The position numbers and the translations under genes were made by a program. A stretch of DNA of 64,000 nucleotides from Phycisphaerae bacterium. GTDB lineage: Bacteria; Planctomycetota; Phycisphaerae; UBA1845; Fen-1342. Shown one piece after another: positions 28,385-37,089 of this stretch. The notes beneath the pieces are model-generated. The model made no database searches, was not told where the DNA came from, and saw only the letters and a list, made by a program, of their open reading frames with translations. The first letter of the stretch is position 1. Each line of letters begins with the position of its first letter. The stretch is from NCBI GenBank assembly GCA_963675745.2, contig CAXXWX010000015.1, positions 32,001 to 96,000 of the forward strand, read 5' to 3'.

Positions 28385-30877
28385 TCACTCACTTCGCCAT
28401 TTGGCCCACAGATACTCGTTGTAGTAAATGCAATCAGCGGATTCGCACTCCGCGATGCACTTCTGAAACTCACGCTGCGCACTCTCTTGCTCTCCCCGGC
28501 GCAAGAAGGCCTCGCCCGCGAAGTAATGCGCTTCACAAAGGTCACCCCCGGGCTCACCGGCCGCCGTAATCAACTGCTCCGGCGGCAGCTCCAGCAACAG
28601 GCAGCGCACCAGCTTTCCCTCCCACGTGTCCGGTGCGGCTTTCTGCTTGCCCAGCTCTAGACACTCCTCGGCGTTATCGTCTTCGCCTATGTCCAGGTAG
28701 GCAAGCGCCAGGGCGAGATCACAATACAAATTGTCCGGCGCCTCAGTCACGGCTTCACGGAATCGCCCGATCGCCTCCTCCGACGCGCCTAACAGACGCA
28801 ACGTGACGCCATAGTTGAAATACGTACGCCACGCGTCAGGCACAGATTCGGAGAGCCGCTCGGGCCCCGCAGATATGGCCACCGCGTAGTCGTTGAGCGC
28901 CAGGAAGTACCGCCCTGCATCGAAGTACGCGTGTCCGCGGTTGGAGTGGGCTCTGATGAAGTCCGGCTTGATGTGGATGGCCTTGGAATACGCGTCGATC
29001 GCCGCCTGAAAGTCAGCGGCGGCATGGGTTGACCGGGCTTTGAGATAACAGGTGTTGCCGATCCCTTCATGCGCGATCGCCGCCTGGCCCGAATCTAGAA
29101 CAATGGATCGCTGGAAGTCCTGTCTGGCCGACTCCAGCAAGGCGAACTCGTGGATTCCACTCGAACTCAGGATCTGACTATATCGCTTGACCCGCAGGTA
29201 GCCACGGTACGCGGTCAGGAAAGCGTCATCCGGCGTGCCGCCAAGCTGCTCGGTGATATACGCGCCGGCGCCCTCGTAATCCCCGTTGGCAGTATAAGCA
29301 TCCAGCGTGGTCGCCTGGCCTTTCCTGCGTTCAAGTGCGCGCTCGCGATCAAGCAATCGATGAACACGATCCGCCGACGATGGCGAGCCGTCGGCGGCCT
29401 CGTCTGATTCAAGCTCTGCGAGTATCGGCGCCCCGGGCCCCCGCGGCAGCTTCTCGCGGACGGCCAGGGAACTTGCGTTAATGGCTCGCTCCAGCTCCTC
29501 AATCCGCTGCTGTTGCTTCGCCATATGACGCCAGCTCGCCGCGGAGTAGATGAACGCCGTCAGGATGACCAGCGTCAGGGCGGCGCCGACGGCGATGGGC
29601 GTCCGGTATCGCCTGAGCGTCTTGCTGAGCACATAGAACGCACTGTCCCGCTTGGCCTCGATGGGCTGACCGGCCAGATAGCGCCCGACATCCAGGGCCA
29701 TCTCGCCGGCGGATTGATACCGCCGCTCGCGTTCCTTCGAGAGCGCCTTCAGTATCAGCGTCTGCACCTCGTCGTCGATCGGACACTGCCCGGCGCGCAG
29801 CCTCTTCGAGGTCCGCTGCGTGATCCCCGAGCTCGGCTTCCAACTGCGGCTGGGCGGAGTCGGCGGCGTGTCCGTGATGTGCTTGAGAACCTCGATGACG
29901 TTCCCAACAACCGGGTAGGGGTAATGTCCGGTCAGCAGTTCGTACAGGATCACACCCAGCGCGTATATGTCCGTTCGCGTGTCGATCTCGTCTGGATTGC
30001 CTCGGGCCTGCTCGGGGCTCATGTACGGCAGCGTGCCGATGACTTGCTCGCTCAGCGACACAACCGTGTCGATTGGCCCGGCCGCCCATTTCGCCAGTCC
30101 GAAGTCGAGAATCTTCGGGACTCCGTCGCTGTCAACGAGGATATTGCCGGGCTTCAGGTCGCGGTGAATCACGCCCTTGTGGTGCGCGTATTGCACCGCA
30201 TCGCAGACTGACGAGAACAGACTCAGCGTTTTTTCCAACGGGAGCTTCTCATCCCTGACGTACTGGTGCAGCGGAGTCCCCCGCACATAGTCCATCACGT
30301 AGAAGCGCCGGCCGTCAGGTGTCGTGCCGGAGTGGAAGATCCCGATGATGTTCGGGTGTCGCAACTGGCCGACCAGCTCGATCTCACGCTCGAAGCGCCT
30401 TTCGGCCGCCATGGAGGCGTGGGGACCGTCCAGCAGGATTTTGATCGCCACCTTGCGCTTCGTGGATTGCTGGAGCGCCTGATAGACCACTCCCTGACCA
30501 CCATGGTCCAGCTTGCGGATCGTGCGATAGCCGGGGAACTGCGGCAGGGAGCCGGCGGCGCGAGCCGGCCGGTCCGTTGCGGCGGGTGCGTCGTCGTTAG
30601 GATCGGCCGCCTGTGCCACGCCGCTGCCGTCGCCCACTTCGTCAATCCGCGCGGGTGTGTGCGCCGCTGTCTCACCCGCCGCCGCCCGGCCGGCCACTGG
30701 CGACTTCAGAAAGCCGTCCTCAACACGGCTGTCGTGCTGCAGGAGCGAGAGGATCTCGGCGCACAGTTCCTCGTCGCCGCCGCAGGCCTCGTTAAGAAGG
30801 GCAGCGCGCTCCGCCGGTGGGAGCTGGATCGCCCGCCCGAAGATGTCGTAGGCGCGTTGCGCTTTCTTGCTAGCCAT
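28385..30877 (-). CDS. Ser/Thr protein kinase with TM segment and TPR repeats
   Basis: GGQGVVY, VAIK, HRDLKPGN, DFGLAK, GTLPYMSPEQ; start overlaps the sigma-factor stop. Confidence 0.95.
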   Translation of the reverse strand: MASKKAQRAYDIFGRAIQLPPAERAALLNEACGGDEELCAEILSLLQHDSRVEDGFLKSPVAGRAAAGETAAHTPARIDEVGDGSGVAQAADPNDDAPAATDRPARAAGSLPQFPGYRTIRKLDHGGQGVVYQALQQSTKRKVAIKILLDGPHASMAAERRFEREIELVGQLRHPNIIGIFHSGTTPDGRRFYVMDYVRGTPLHQYVRDEKLPLEKTLSLFSSVCDAVQYAHHKGVIHRDLKPGNILVDSDGVPKILDFGLAKWAAGPIDTVVSLSEQVIGTLPYMSPEQARGNPDEIDTRTDIYALGVILYELLTGHYPYPVVGNVIEVLKHITDTPPTPPSRSWKPSSGITQRTSKRLRAGQCPIDDEVQTLILKALSKERERRYQSAGEMALDVGRYLAGQPIEAKRDSAFYVLSKTLRRYRTPIAVGAALTLVILTAFIYSAASWRHMAKQQQRIEELERAINASSLAVREKLPRGPGAPILAELESDEAADGSPSSADRVHRLLDRERALERRKGQATTLDAYTANGDYEGAGAYITEQLGGTPDDAFLTAYRGYLRVKRYSQILSSSGIHEFALLESARQDFQRSIVLDSGQAAIAHEGIGNTCYLKARSTHAAADFQAAIDAYSKAIHIKPDFIRAHSNRGHAYFDAGRYFLALNDYAVAISAGPERLSESVPDAWRTYFNYGVTLRLLGASEEAIGRFREAVTEAPDNLYCDLALALAYLDIGEDDNAEECLELGKQKAAPDTWEGKLVRCLLLELPPEQLITAAGEPGGDLCEAHYFAGEAFLRRGEQESAQREFQKCIAECESADCIYYNEYLWAKWRSE

Positions 30878-31475
30878 CGCCTGCCAGGCCATCATGCGTT
30901 CTCGTGTCACCTTTGCTCAACTCGCGGCGGATCCACGCCCGGGCGAAACGCCAGCCGGTGTCCACGGTTCCCGAGGACACGTCGAGTGCGGCCGCCGTCT
31001 CCTTGACGCTCAGTCCGGCGAAGTACCTCAAGTGCACGATCTCCGCGCGGGCCGGGTCGTCCTGCTCCAGCTTCCTGAGCGCCTCGTCGACCGCCAGCAC
31101 CTCAAACACGTCATAGCCGGCGCCGGGCAGTTCAGCCGGAAGCGGCTCGGGCGTTTTTCCCGCGCCGCGTTTCAGCCGTCCTCTAGTACGTGCGTCATCC
31201 ACGAGGATTTGCCGCATGGCTTTTGCCGCCGCACCCCAGAAATGGCGCCGGCTGGACCACTCGATGTCCCCCTTGCCGACGAGCTTCATATAGGCCTCGT
31301 CGATCAGTGACGTCGGTTGCAGCCGGCAACCGGCGCCTTCGTTGGCCAGTTGCGCCCGCGCCAGCCGCCTCATCTCGTCGATGACTGCTGACCACACTCG
31401 GTTGCGCGCTGCGTCGTCCCCCTGCGCAGCGGCGTTCAGTAGCTGAGTTATAGGACCGTCCGTGCCGCCCGCCAC
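30870..31475 (-). CDS. ECF-type sigma factor (planctomycete kinase-associated type)
   Basis: ITQLL.AA..GD..A, LQPTSLIDEAYMKL, RQILVDDAR, IVHLRYFAGLSV.ETA. Confidence 0.9.
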   Translation of the reverse strand: MAGGTDGPITQLLNAAAQGDDAARNRVWSAVIDEMRRLARAQLANEGAGCRLQPTSLIDEAYMKLVGKGDIEWSSRRHFWGAAAKAMRQILVDDARTRGRLKRGAGKTPEPLPAELPGAGYDVFEVLAVDEALRKLEQDDPARAEIVHLRYFAGLSVKETAAALDVSSGTVDTGWRFARAWIRRELSKGDTRTHDGLAGDG

Positions 31476-31661
31476 AATCCGAACCCTCCGTCCGAGAAAG
31501 TGCTGGGTCCATTCTAGCGACTTGACGCACGTACTGACAGAGGGAGACGGCAAGGGCCGTCCGGCGGCGGAGAACGGCGTCGTGCAAACAGCAGGGGTCG
31601 TCGTGCGACGAGCGAAACGCGGAATGAGCCTTGGATGTGAACAACGAACAAGGAGCCTGGC

Positions 31662-31991
31662 ATGAAACTCACGATCGCTTGTATTGGACTGCTGTTGTGT
31701 GTCGGCTGTGTGGACGATGGCCTCCTGCCAACACCTCTCGCCTTGCACACAGACGAAGCCTTGCAGGATCTCGGCATCGAACGGTACGCCGAGTATGTCT
31801 CCGCGGCTTACTCCGGAAACATGCCGGCGGCCCGCCAGGCGCTCAATGGCCTCATTGATGTCTATGAGGAGATGTTGAGACGCCCGTCTATCACTGGACC
31901 CATGACGCCGCAAGAAGTCCAAGCCATGCGAGACTATCTCGCGGTTCTCAGAGAGACCCTGAATACGGCGTTAAACGCGACGCCGTCATAA
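31662..31991 (+). CDS. Putative lipoprotein
   Basis: MKLTIACIGLLLCVGC lipobox; AAGGAG RBS. Confidence 0.7.
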   Translation: MKLTIACIGLLLCVGCVDDGLLPTPLALHTDEALQDLGIERYAEYVSAAYSGNMPAARQALNGLIDVYEEMLRRPSITGPMTPQEVQAMRDYLAVLRETLNTALNATPS

Positions 31992-32103
31992 GGCGGTTGG
32001 CCGGAGTGGGATCAGCCATGTCTTGGTGGCACGTTCAGTTTGGCCGGCCAGCCCATGGGGCGGCGCCCTGATGTGTTGGCCACAAAAGTGGAAGGAGAGA
32101 CGA

Positions 32104-32793
32104 GTGAAAGAGCATCACAACCCGTTAACATCTTCGGCGATGGCCCTGCTGCTGGCCTACGTGCTCACTGCCGTAGCTGGTTGTCAGCAGTACGCGAAGA
32201 TCACATGGCATGCACCAGAAGCCGTCGAAGTCACGAACCGAACGCCGCTGGCCGTTGGCGATCTGGCGGTGCTGAATCGCCGGTCCGAGTTGTGGGACCG
32301 CAACCCTGGACCGTCGACAATCGGCAAGCACACTTGGACGGCTTTCGCGCTGCCGGCGGGGAACATCAACGCCAACCCGGAAACACCGATCCAGCAATCC
32401 TTTGACCAGGCCGTCCGGGACGCATTACAAGCGGCGGGCTATGAGCTGGTTGACGCTGTCGCAGCGCCGCAGGATTGGCCCGTGCTGCGCGGGGAAGTGA
32501 ATCGCTGCTGGTGGTGGAGCTACACCTGGTTGTGGCCCTTTGTGATCGAAGGCGGCCAGAACCGTGTCACCCTGTTTCTTGAGGATCGCGACGGTGAGCT
32601 TCTATGGAAACAGTCGTTTGCCCGCTCCGCGCCCGGCTTCCCGGTCGGCGGCGCCTACGCATTTGACCTGATGATCAAGTGGTCCATGACCAGGCTCGTC
32701 AAGGACATTGTCCGCGAGTGTTCATCGGATGAATTCAGGGCGGCTCTCGCAAGTCACACGGGAGCGACGCCCACGGTCTCACCGGCCAAGTGA
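32104..32793 (+). CDS. Putative lipoprotein
   Basis: Hydrophobic leader ending AVAGC; AAGGAG upstream of GTG. Confidence 0.65.
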   Translation: MKEHHNPLTSSAMALLLAYVLTAVAGCQQYAKITWHAPEAVEVTNRTPLAVGDLAVLNRRSELWDRNPGPSTIGKHTWTAFALPAGNINANPETPIQQSFDQAVRDALQAAGYELVDAVAAPQDWPVLRGEVNRCWWWSYTWLWPFVIEGGQNRVTLFLEDRDGELLWKQSFARSAPGFPVGGAYAFDLMIKWSMTRLVKDIVRECSSDEFRAALASHTGATPTVSPAK

Positions 32794-32974
32794 GGCTCGT
32801 GCGATCGGCCCGGGGAATGTGGCTTAGCCAATACAAGGGGGCTGGTGTGTGCGTCGAGCGTTCCTGGCGTAGCCAACTGCAGAGTAATGCGCAGTATGGA
32901 ACAACTTGATGCCGCGATAGGCTGTGCGCGGCCACCCTGCCTCAGGGCCGCGCCACAGACCATACATTGCGGGC

Positions 32975-33973
32975 TGCTACGGCCCGACGTACATCGACGA
33001 GCTGCTGGTTTACGACCGCAACATCAGCGTCGCCGCCGACCCGAACGACGCCGACGCGTGTCTCGACGCGGCGTCGGAGCGGTATTTCTATCACCAGGAC
33101 GCGAACTTCCGCGTGGTGGCGCTCACAGACGAAGCCGGGGCGGTCGCCGAGCGGTATCGCTACAGCGCCTACGGCGAGCCACAGATCTTCGCCGGCGGCC
33201 CGGCGGCGGAGTCGGGCAACGCCCTGCTGGTCAGCCGCGTCGGTAACCCGTTTATGCACCAGGGCTTACACTTCGACGCCGACACCCGCACCTACCACAA
33301 CCGCTACCGCCAATACCACCCCCGCCTCGGCCGCTTCATGCAGCGCGATCCGCTGGGGTATGTGGATGGACCCAATGCCTATTCATATCTTGGTTCGAAT
33401 TCCATTGGATGGGTGGACCCTCTCGGTCTATACTACTATAGGCTCAAACAGGCGATCGCCGGCGTTTGGGCAGTTGGATGGGAGGCATCAGATGATGCTG
33501 GCCGAGGTGAGACGTACCAACACGCGAGGGAGTACGCGAGTGGGTATGCAGACCAAGGGACAGCCGCCGACAAAAAAGGGGCGCGGAACGCGGCAAGGCA
33601 CACGATGTGGCAGGCGCGGCTGACATATAAGTACGGCAGAGATGTCGCCAAGAAGATCGGAGATATACATGAGCCTGATGACTCAGATGATAGAGATACT
33701 CAGGCTGACTTATACAACAATGAGGTTGGTCGAGACATCGGGGAGCAGGCGAAGGAAGAGGGTAAGTCAATTGACGAGATTGATGGCATGGTGGATGAGG
33801 CAATGGAAGATGGTCGTGTTATTCGAGACCGAGAGAACGATCCGCGGATAACCCCGCCGGCACCGAAGCCCCCACCTCGTCCCCCGGCTGGTGGACGCAA
33901 GCCTCCGCCTGCCATTCCACCCGGCGGCGGGAACACCGATGGGCGGACCTGCCCAGGCGGACCGCGGCAGTGA
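32975..33973 (+). CDS. Orphan RHS core with a C-terminal DUF6973/Wnt-like (RH..W..HE..DL.NN..G) toxin domain; 5'-truncated
   Basis: YGPTYIDELL, YRYSAYG, GRFMQRDPLGYVDGPN.Y.Y..DPLG; NAARHTMW..IHE..DLYNNEVGRDIG. Confidence 0.85.
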   Translation, partial: CYGPTYIDELLVYDRNISVAADPNDADACLDAASERYFYHQDANFRVVALTDEAGAVAERYRYSAYGEPQIFAGGPAAESGNALLVSRVGNPFMHQGLHFDADTRTYHNRYRQYHPRLGRFMQRDPLGYVDGPNAYSYLGSNSIGWVDPLGLYYYRLKQAIAGVWAVGWEASDDAGRGETYQHAREYASGYADQGTAADKKGARNAARHTMWQARLTYKYGRDVAKKIGDIHEPDDSDDRDTQADLYNNEVGRDIGEQAKEEGKSIDEIDGMVDEAMEDGRVIRDRENDPRITPPAPKPPPRPPAGGRKPPPAIPPGGGNTDGRTCPGGPRQ

Positions 33974-34267
33974 TGTACACCAAGTGCATGGCTGCTGTAC
34001 AGCGACCGAGGGGCCGGATAGTGTTGGACGTGGCTGGAAACTGCTTCGCGACGCTCGCGGCGAGAGTCTGCTTTCATGTACTATTCAATGCTCGTTGCCC
34101 CCGGCACTGCGGGAATGACACGAAGCAAAAGCACGCGGGAGTCCATCGCGCGATATGCTCCTACCGTCTCCGGTTTCTTTCTTTCGGATCGCTCGTCTCA
34201 TCGGCTGCGGCGAACACACGGCGGAAGTGACTTACCAGGAGTGAGCATAAAACGAGAGGTGCGTGAC

Positions 34268-34684
34268 ATGGAGCTTCGTGGCACAACCTGCACTGGAGTG
34301 TTTGGCATGTTCATTTGTCCAAGTACACGTAATTGCATTGCTCGCTATGCTACGGCACTAGGGTGCCTCATTGCCGTAGCCACACTTTCTGGCTGCGAGT
34401 CATGGTCAGAGCACAGTATCAACGAGAGCAAGCGGCGCGCGGAGCCAATCGTCGCGGCGATTGAAGCCTACATTGCGGACCATGGAGGGCCGCCGACTAC
34501 CCTCGATGAACTTGTGCCGAAGTACATCACTTCCATCAAGCCGCCAACTGCCGGATCAAAGGAATGGGAGTATTTGCCTGATGAGAGGTCATTTGCACTA
34601 TCCTTCGGCTGCGGGCAAGACTGCTATCCATGCTGCACACTGTCGTGGGCTCCCGATGGATCCAATTGGATGATGGATCACTGA
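34268..34684 (+). CDS. Putative immunity lipoprotein
   Basis: Downstream of the RHS toxin; TLSGC lipobox; AIEAY....G.PP.TLDELVPKYI. Confidence 0.6.
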   Translation: MELRGTTCTGVFGMFICPSTRNCIARYATALGCLIAVATLSGCESWSEHSINESKRRAEPIVAAIEAYIADHGGPPTTLDELVPKYITSIKPPTAGSKEWEYLPDERSFALSFGCGQDCYPCCTLSWAPDGSNWMMDH

Positions 34685-34714
34685 GACAGGGAAGCGGGTG
34701 CATGTGCCGTCGAT

Positions 34715-35076
34715 GGCGCTTCACCGCCGACATCGGCAACGTGCGCGTCACCGGCGGTAAGCTCGAATTCTACAACTCCGACGGCATCAATCGCCAGTGC
34801 GTCCTGCGACACGTCCGCGTCGGCCCGGAATACAGCGGTGGAAGCTCACGCGACGTCATCGTGCAAGCCGACGTCCAGATCCTCCAAGGCCTGTACGACG
34901 CCGGGATCATCGTCAACTATCAGGATCCCGAGAACTACGGCATGGTGGTCATCCGCCGCCACATCGGCAGAAAATCCGTCGAATACCGCGAGGTCATCAA
35001 CGGCAGCGAGCCGGTCGCCCGCGCCACCAGCTCCAGCTTCTCCTACACCAGCGGCAACTTCTACACCGATAAGTAG
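34715..35076 (+). pseudogene. Fragment of a beta-rich (lectin/LamG-like) protein, cut off by the transposase element
   Basis: High-GC3 coding-like frame VIVQADVQILQG..AGIIVNYQDPENY ending at the element's left repeat. Confidence 0.45.
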
Positions 35077-35128
35077 GGACAGCCACCGTTTTTTGACAGC
35101 AACATCGTCATGTGCTAGCCTTCCCGCC

Positions 35129-35812
35129 ATGCCCCGTGTCGCCCGTACGGTCATCCCGCATTGCCCGCATCACATCACGCAGCGCGGCAACAACCGGCAG
35201 ACGGTCTTCTTCGTCGATGACGACCGCCGGATGTATCTCGACCTGCTCCGCCAGCGGTGCGAAGCCGCCGGCGTGATAGTCATCGGCTATTGCCTGATGA
35301 CCAACCACACGCATCTGATCGCGGTTCCGCACGACGAAGATGCCCTGGCCCACGCGATCGGCCGCACACATTACCTGTACACCCAGTACGTCAATCGGCT
35401 GCACGGTCGCAGCGGCCACCTCTGGCAGAACCGTTTCTTCTCATGCCCGCTCGATGAGCCGCACCTCTGGGCGGCGTTGCGCTACATCGAACGCAACCCG
35501 GTCCGCGCGCGACTCGTACGGCGGGCGTGGCGCTATGGTTGGTCGAGTGCCGCCGCACACGTGGGAGCCGGGCCGGACAGGAGCGATCTGCTCGACCTGG
35601 CCGCTTGGCGCAAGGACTGGTCGCCGGCGAAGTGGCGTGAGCAACTCTGCGAGCCGGAAGACGAGGCGTTGACCGGCCGACTGCGTCGTTGCACGCGCAC
35701 CGGCCGCCCGCTGGCGTCTGACAGCTTCCTGAGTAAACTGGAGCGTCGGCTGGGTTGTCGCCTGCGTCCGCAGCCGATCGGCCGGCCGCGGAAGACAAAG
35801 GCGGCGAGATGA
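35129..35812 (+). CDS. REP-associated tyrosine (Y1/HUH) transposase
   Basis: MPRVAR..PHHITQRGNNR, YCLMTNHTHL (HUH), GHLWQNRF, YIERNPVRA, WSSA; TTGACA-N17-TAGCCT at 35093. Confidence 0.9.
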   Translation: MPRVARTVIPHCPHHITQRGNNRQTVFFVDDDRRMYLDLLRQRCEAAGVIVIGYCLMTNHTHLIAVPHDEDALAHAIGRTHYLYTQYVNRLHGRSGHLWQNRFFSCPLDEPHLWAALRYIERNPVRARLVRRAWRYGWSSAAAHVGAGPDRSDLLDLAAWRKDWSPAKWREQLCEPEDEALTGRLRRCTRTGRPLASDSFLSKLERRLGCRLRPQPIGRPRKTKAAR

Positions 35813-36052
35813 GGGCAAAAACGGGTGGCTGTCCCTATTTGTACGCAGCCGATCGGCCGGCCGCGGAAGACAAAGGCGGCGAGATGAGGGCAAAAACGGG
35901 TGGCTGTCCCTATTTGTACTATTTGTAAAGGCGGCGAGGTGAGGGCAAAAACCGGTGGCTGTCCCTATTTGTACCCTATTTGTACCCTATTTGTACCCAA
36001 AACCGGTGGCTGTCCCTATTTGTACCGCCTATTTGTACCCCTATTTGTACCC
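35769..36052 (+). repeat. 75-bp tandem duplication plus reiterated CTATTTGTA units at the transposase 3' end
   Basis: 35769-35843 equals 35844-35918; nine CTATTTGTA copies counted. Confidence 0.9.
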
Positions 36053-36153
36053 CCGATCGGACGCCACGCTCCTCGCCCGGCGTGACGTGGCTGATCGGTA
36101 GGTGCGAGACTGACAGGGTGACGTTCTTTTGGGGCGCAAAGGGGCATGTTGCG

Positions 36154-36672
36154 ATGGCCATATTCACCGACCAAGACATCGAAAAGGATCCGCCGCTGGA
36201 CTGGTTTCTCCTTCGGGATAGCCCCGTGACTCTCTACTACCGGCCGGCGATTCTCGAGGAAGACGTCGCGTGGCTTCGTGCTCGGCGCTACAAGGTGTTC
36301 TCCTTTGATTGCGCTCGATGGATGTCCGAGGACGCCTTTCACGACGATATCCAGGAGGCTCTGGGGTTCTCAGATTTTTACGGGCGTAATCTGAACGCCT
36401 TCAATGACCGCATGAGGTACCTGGAGATCCCGGATATCGGCGGTTTCGTCTTGGTATTCCGCCGCTTTGACTGCTTCGCAGAGCAAGATCACGATACGGC
36501 ACATTTCGTGCTCGACGTCATCGCCAGCAACTCGCGGACCTATGCGCTGCTGGGTCGGCGGCTGATCGCCTTGGTCCAGTCCGACGACCCGCGCATCGAG
36601 TTCGAGCCGGTCGCGGCTTGCCTTGTTGGGTGGAACTCGCGGGAGTGGCTGAACGCGAATCGAGGCCTGTAA
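36154..36672 (+). CDS. Barstar-family (ribonuclease inhibitor) immunity protein
   Basis: FHDDIQEALGFSDFYGRNLNAFND motif. Confidence 0.8.
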   Translation: MAIFTDQDIEKDPPLDWFLLRDSPVTLYYRPAILEEDVAWLRARRYKVFSFDCARWMSEDAFHDDIQEALGFSDFYGRNLNAFNDRMRYLEIPDIGGFVLVFRRFDCFAEQDHDTAHFVLDVIASNSRTYALLGRRLIALVQSDDPRIEFEPVAACLVGWNSREWLNANRGL

Positions 36673-36925
36673 GTCCGCCACGCCGGCGTCGGCAGCGTAC
36701 ACGGCTCCAATCCGGACCCGAACGATCCGAATACCGTCGGCATTCTGACCGGCGATCGGCATGAGCATTACTACTACGCCGGCTGGCGGCTGGTCGAGGT
36801 GCGTGACAACGCCGCCACGCCGCGGACGCTGGGGCAGTTCGTCTACGGGCCGACGTACATCGACGAACTTCTGGTTTACGACCGCAACATCAGCGTCGCC
36901 GCCGACCCGAACGACGCCGACGCCA
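36673..36925 (+). pseudogene. RHS core fragment
   Basis: HYYYAGWRLVEVR..QFVYGPTYIDELLVYDR; 36843..36923 nearly identical to 32977..33057. Confidence 0.8.
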
Positions 36926-36965
36926 GAACCAACACCAATCGGAATCCAACCGGCGAATGGTGCGG

Positions 36966-37077
36966 GACGGAACGTCGGACTCGGGGGGGCGGACACTACT
37001 GAAGAAGGAGCGTCCGACTCGGGGTTCGGACGCCATTGAAGACGGAACGTCCGACTCGGGGGTCAGACGCCACTGAA
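36966..37077 (-). repeat. Three tandem 37-38-bp REP-like units
   Basis: Units GA(C/A)GGA(A/G)CGTCCGACTCGGGG..GGACGCCA.TGAA; on the minus strand GTGG-CGTC(C/T)GAC-CCCCGA-GTCGGACG. Confidence 0.8.
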
Positions 37078-37089
37078 GAAACGCGCGGC

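Larger units (their letters stand above)
35074..36052 (+). mobile_element. RAYT-like Y1 transposase element bounded by GGGACAGCCACC / GGTGGCTGTCCC inverted repeats
   Basis: Left TAGGGACAGCCACCGTTTTT; four right-hand copies of AAAAC(G/C)GGTGGCTGTCCCTATTTGTAC. Confidence 0.7.

Noticed and set aside
35769..36052. CRISPR or guide-RNA array beside a nuclease
   Set aside because: Intervening sequences are copies of the transposase 3' end, not unique spacers.
36966..37077. Mini-CRISPR
   Set aside because: 37-38-bp units abut directly without spacers; they are REP-like.
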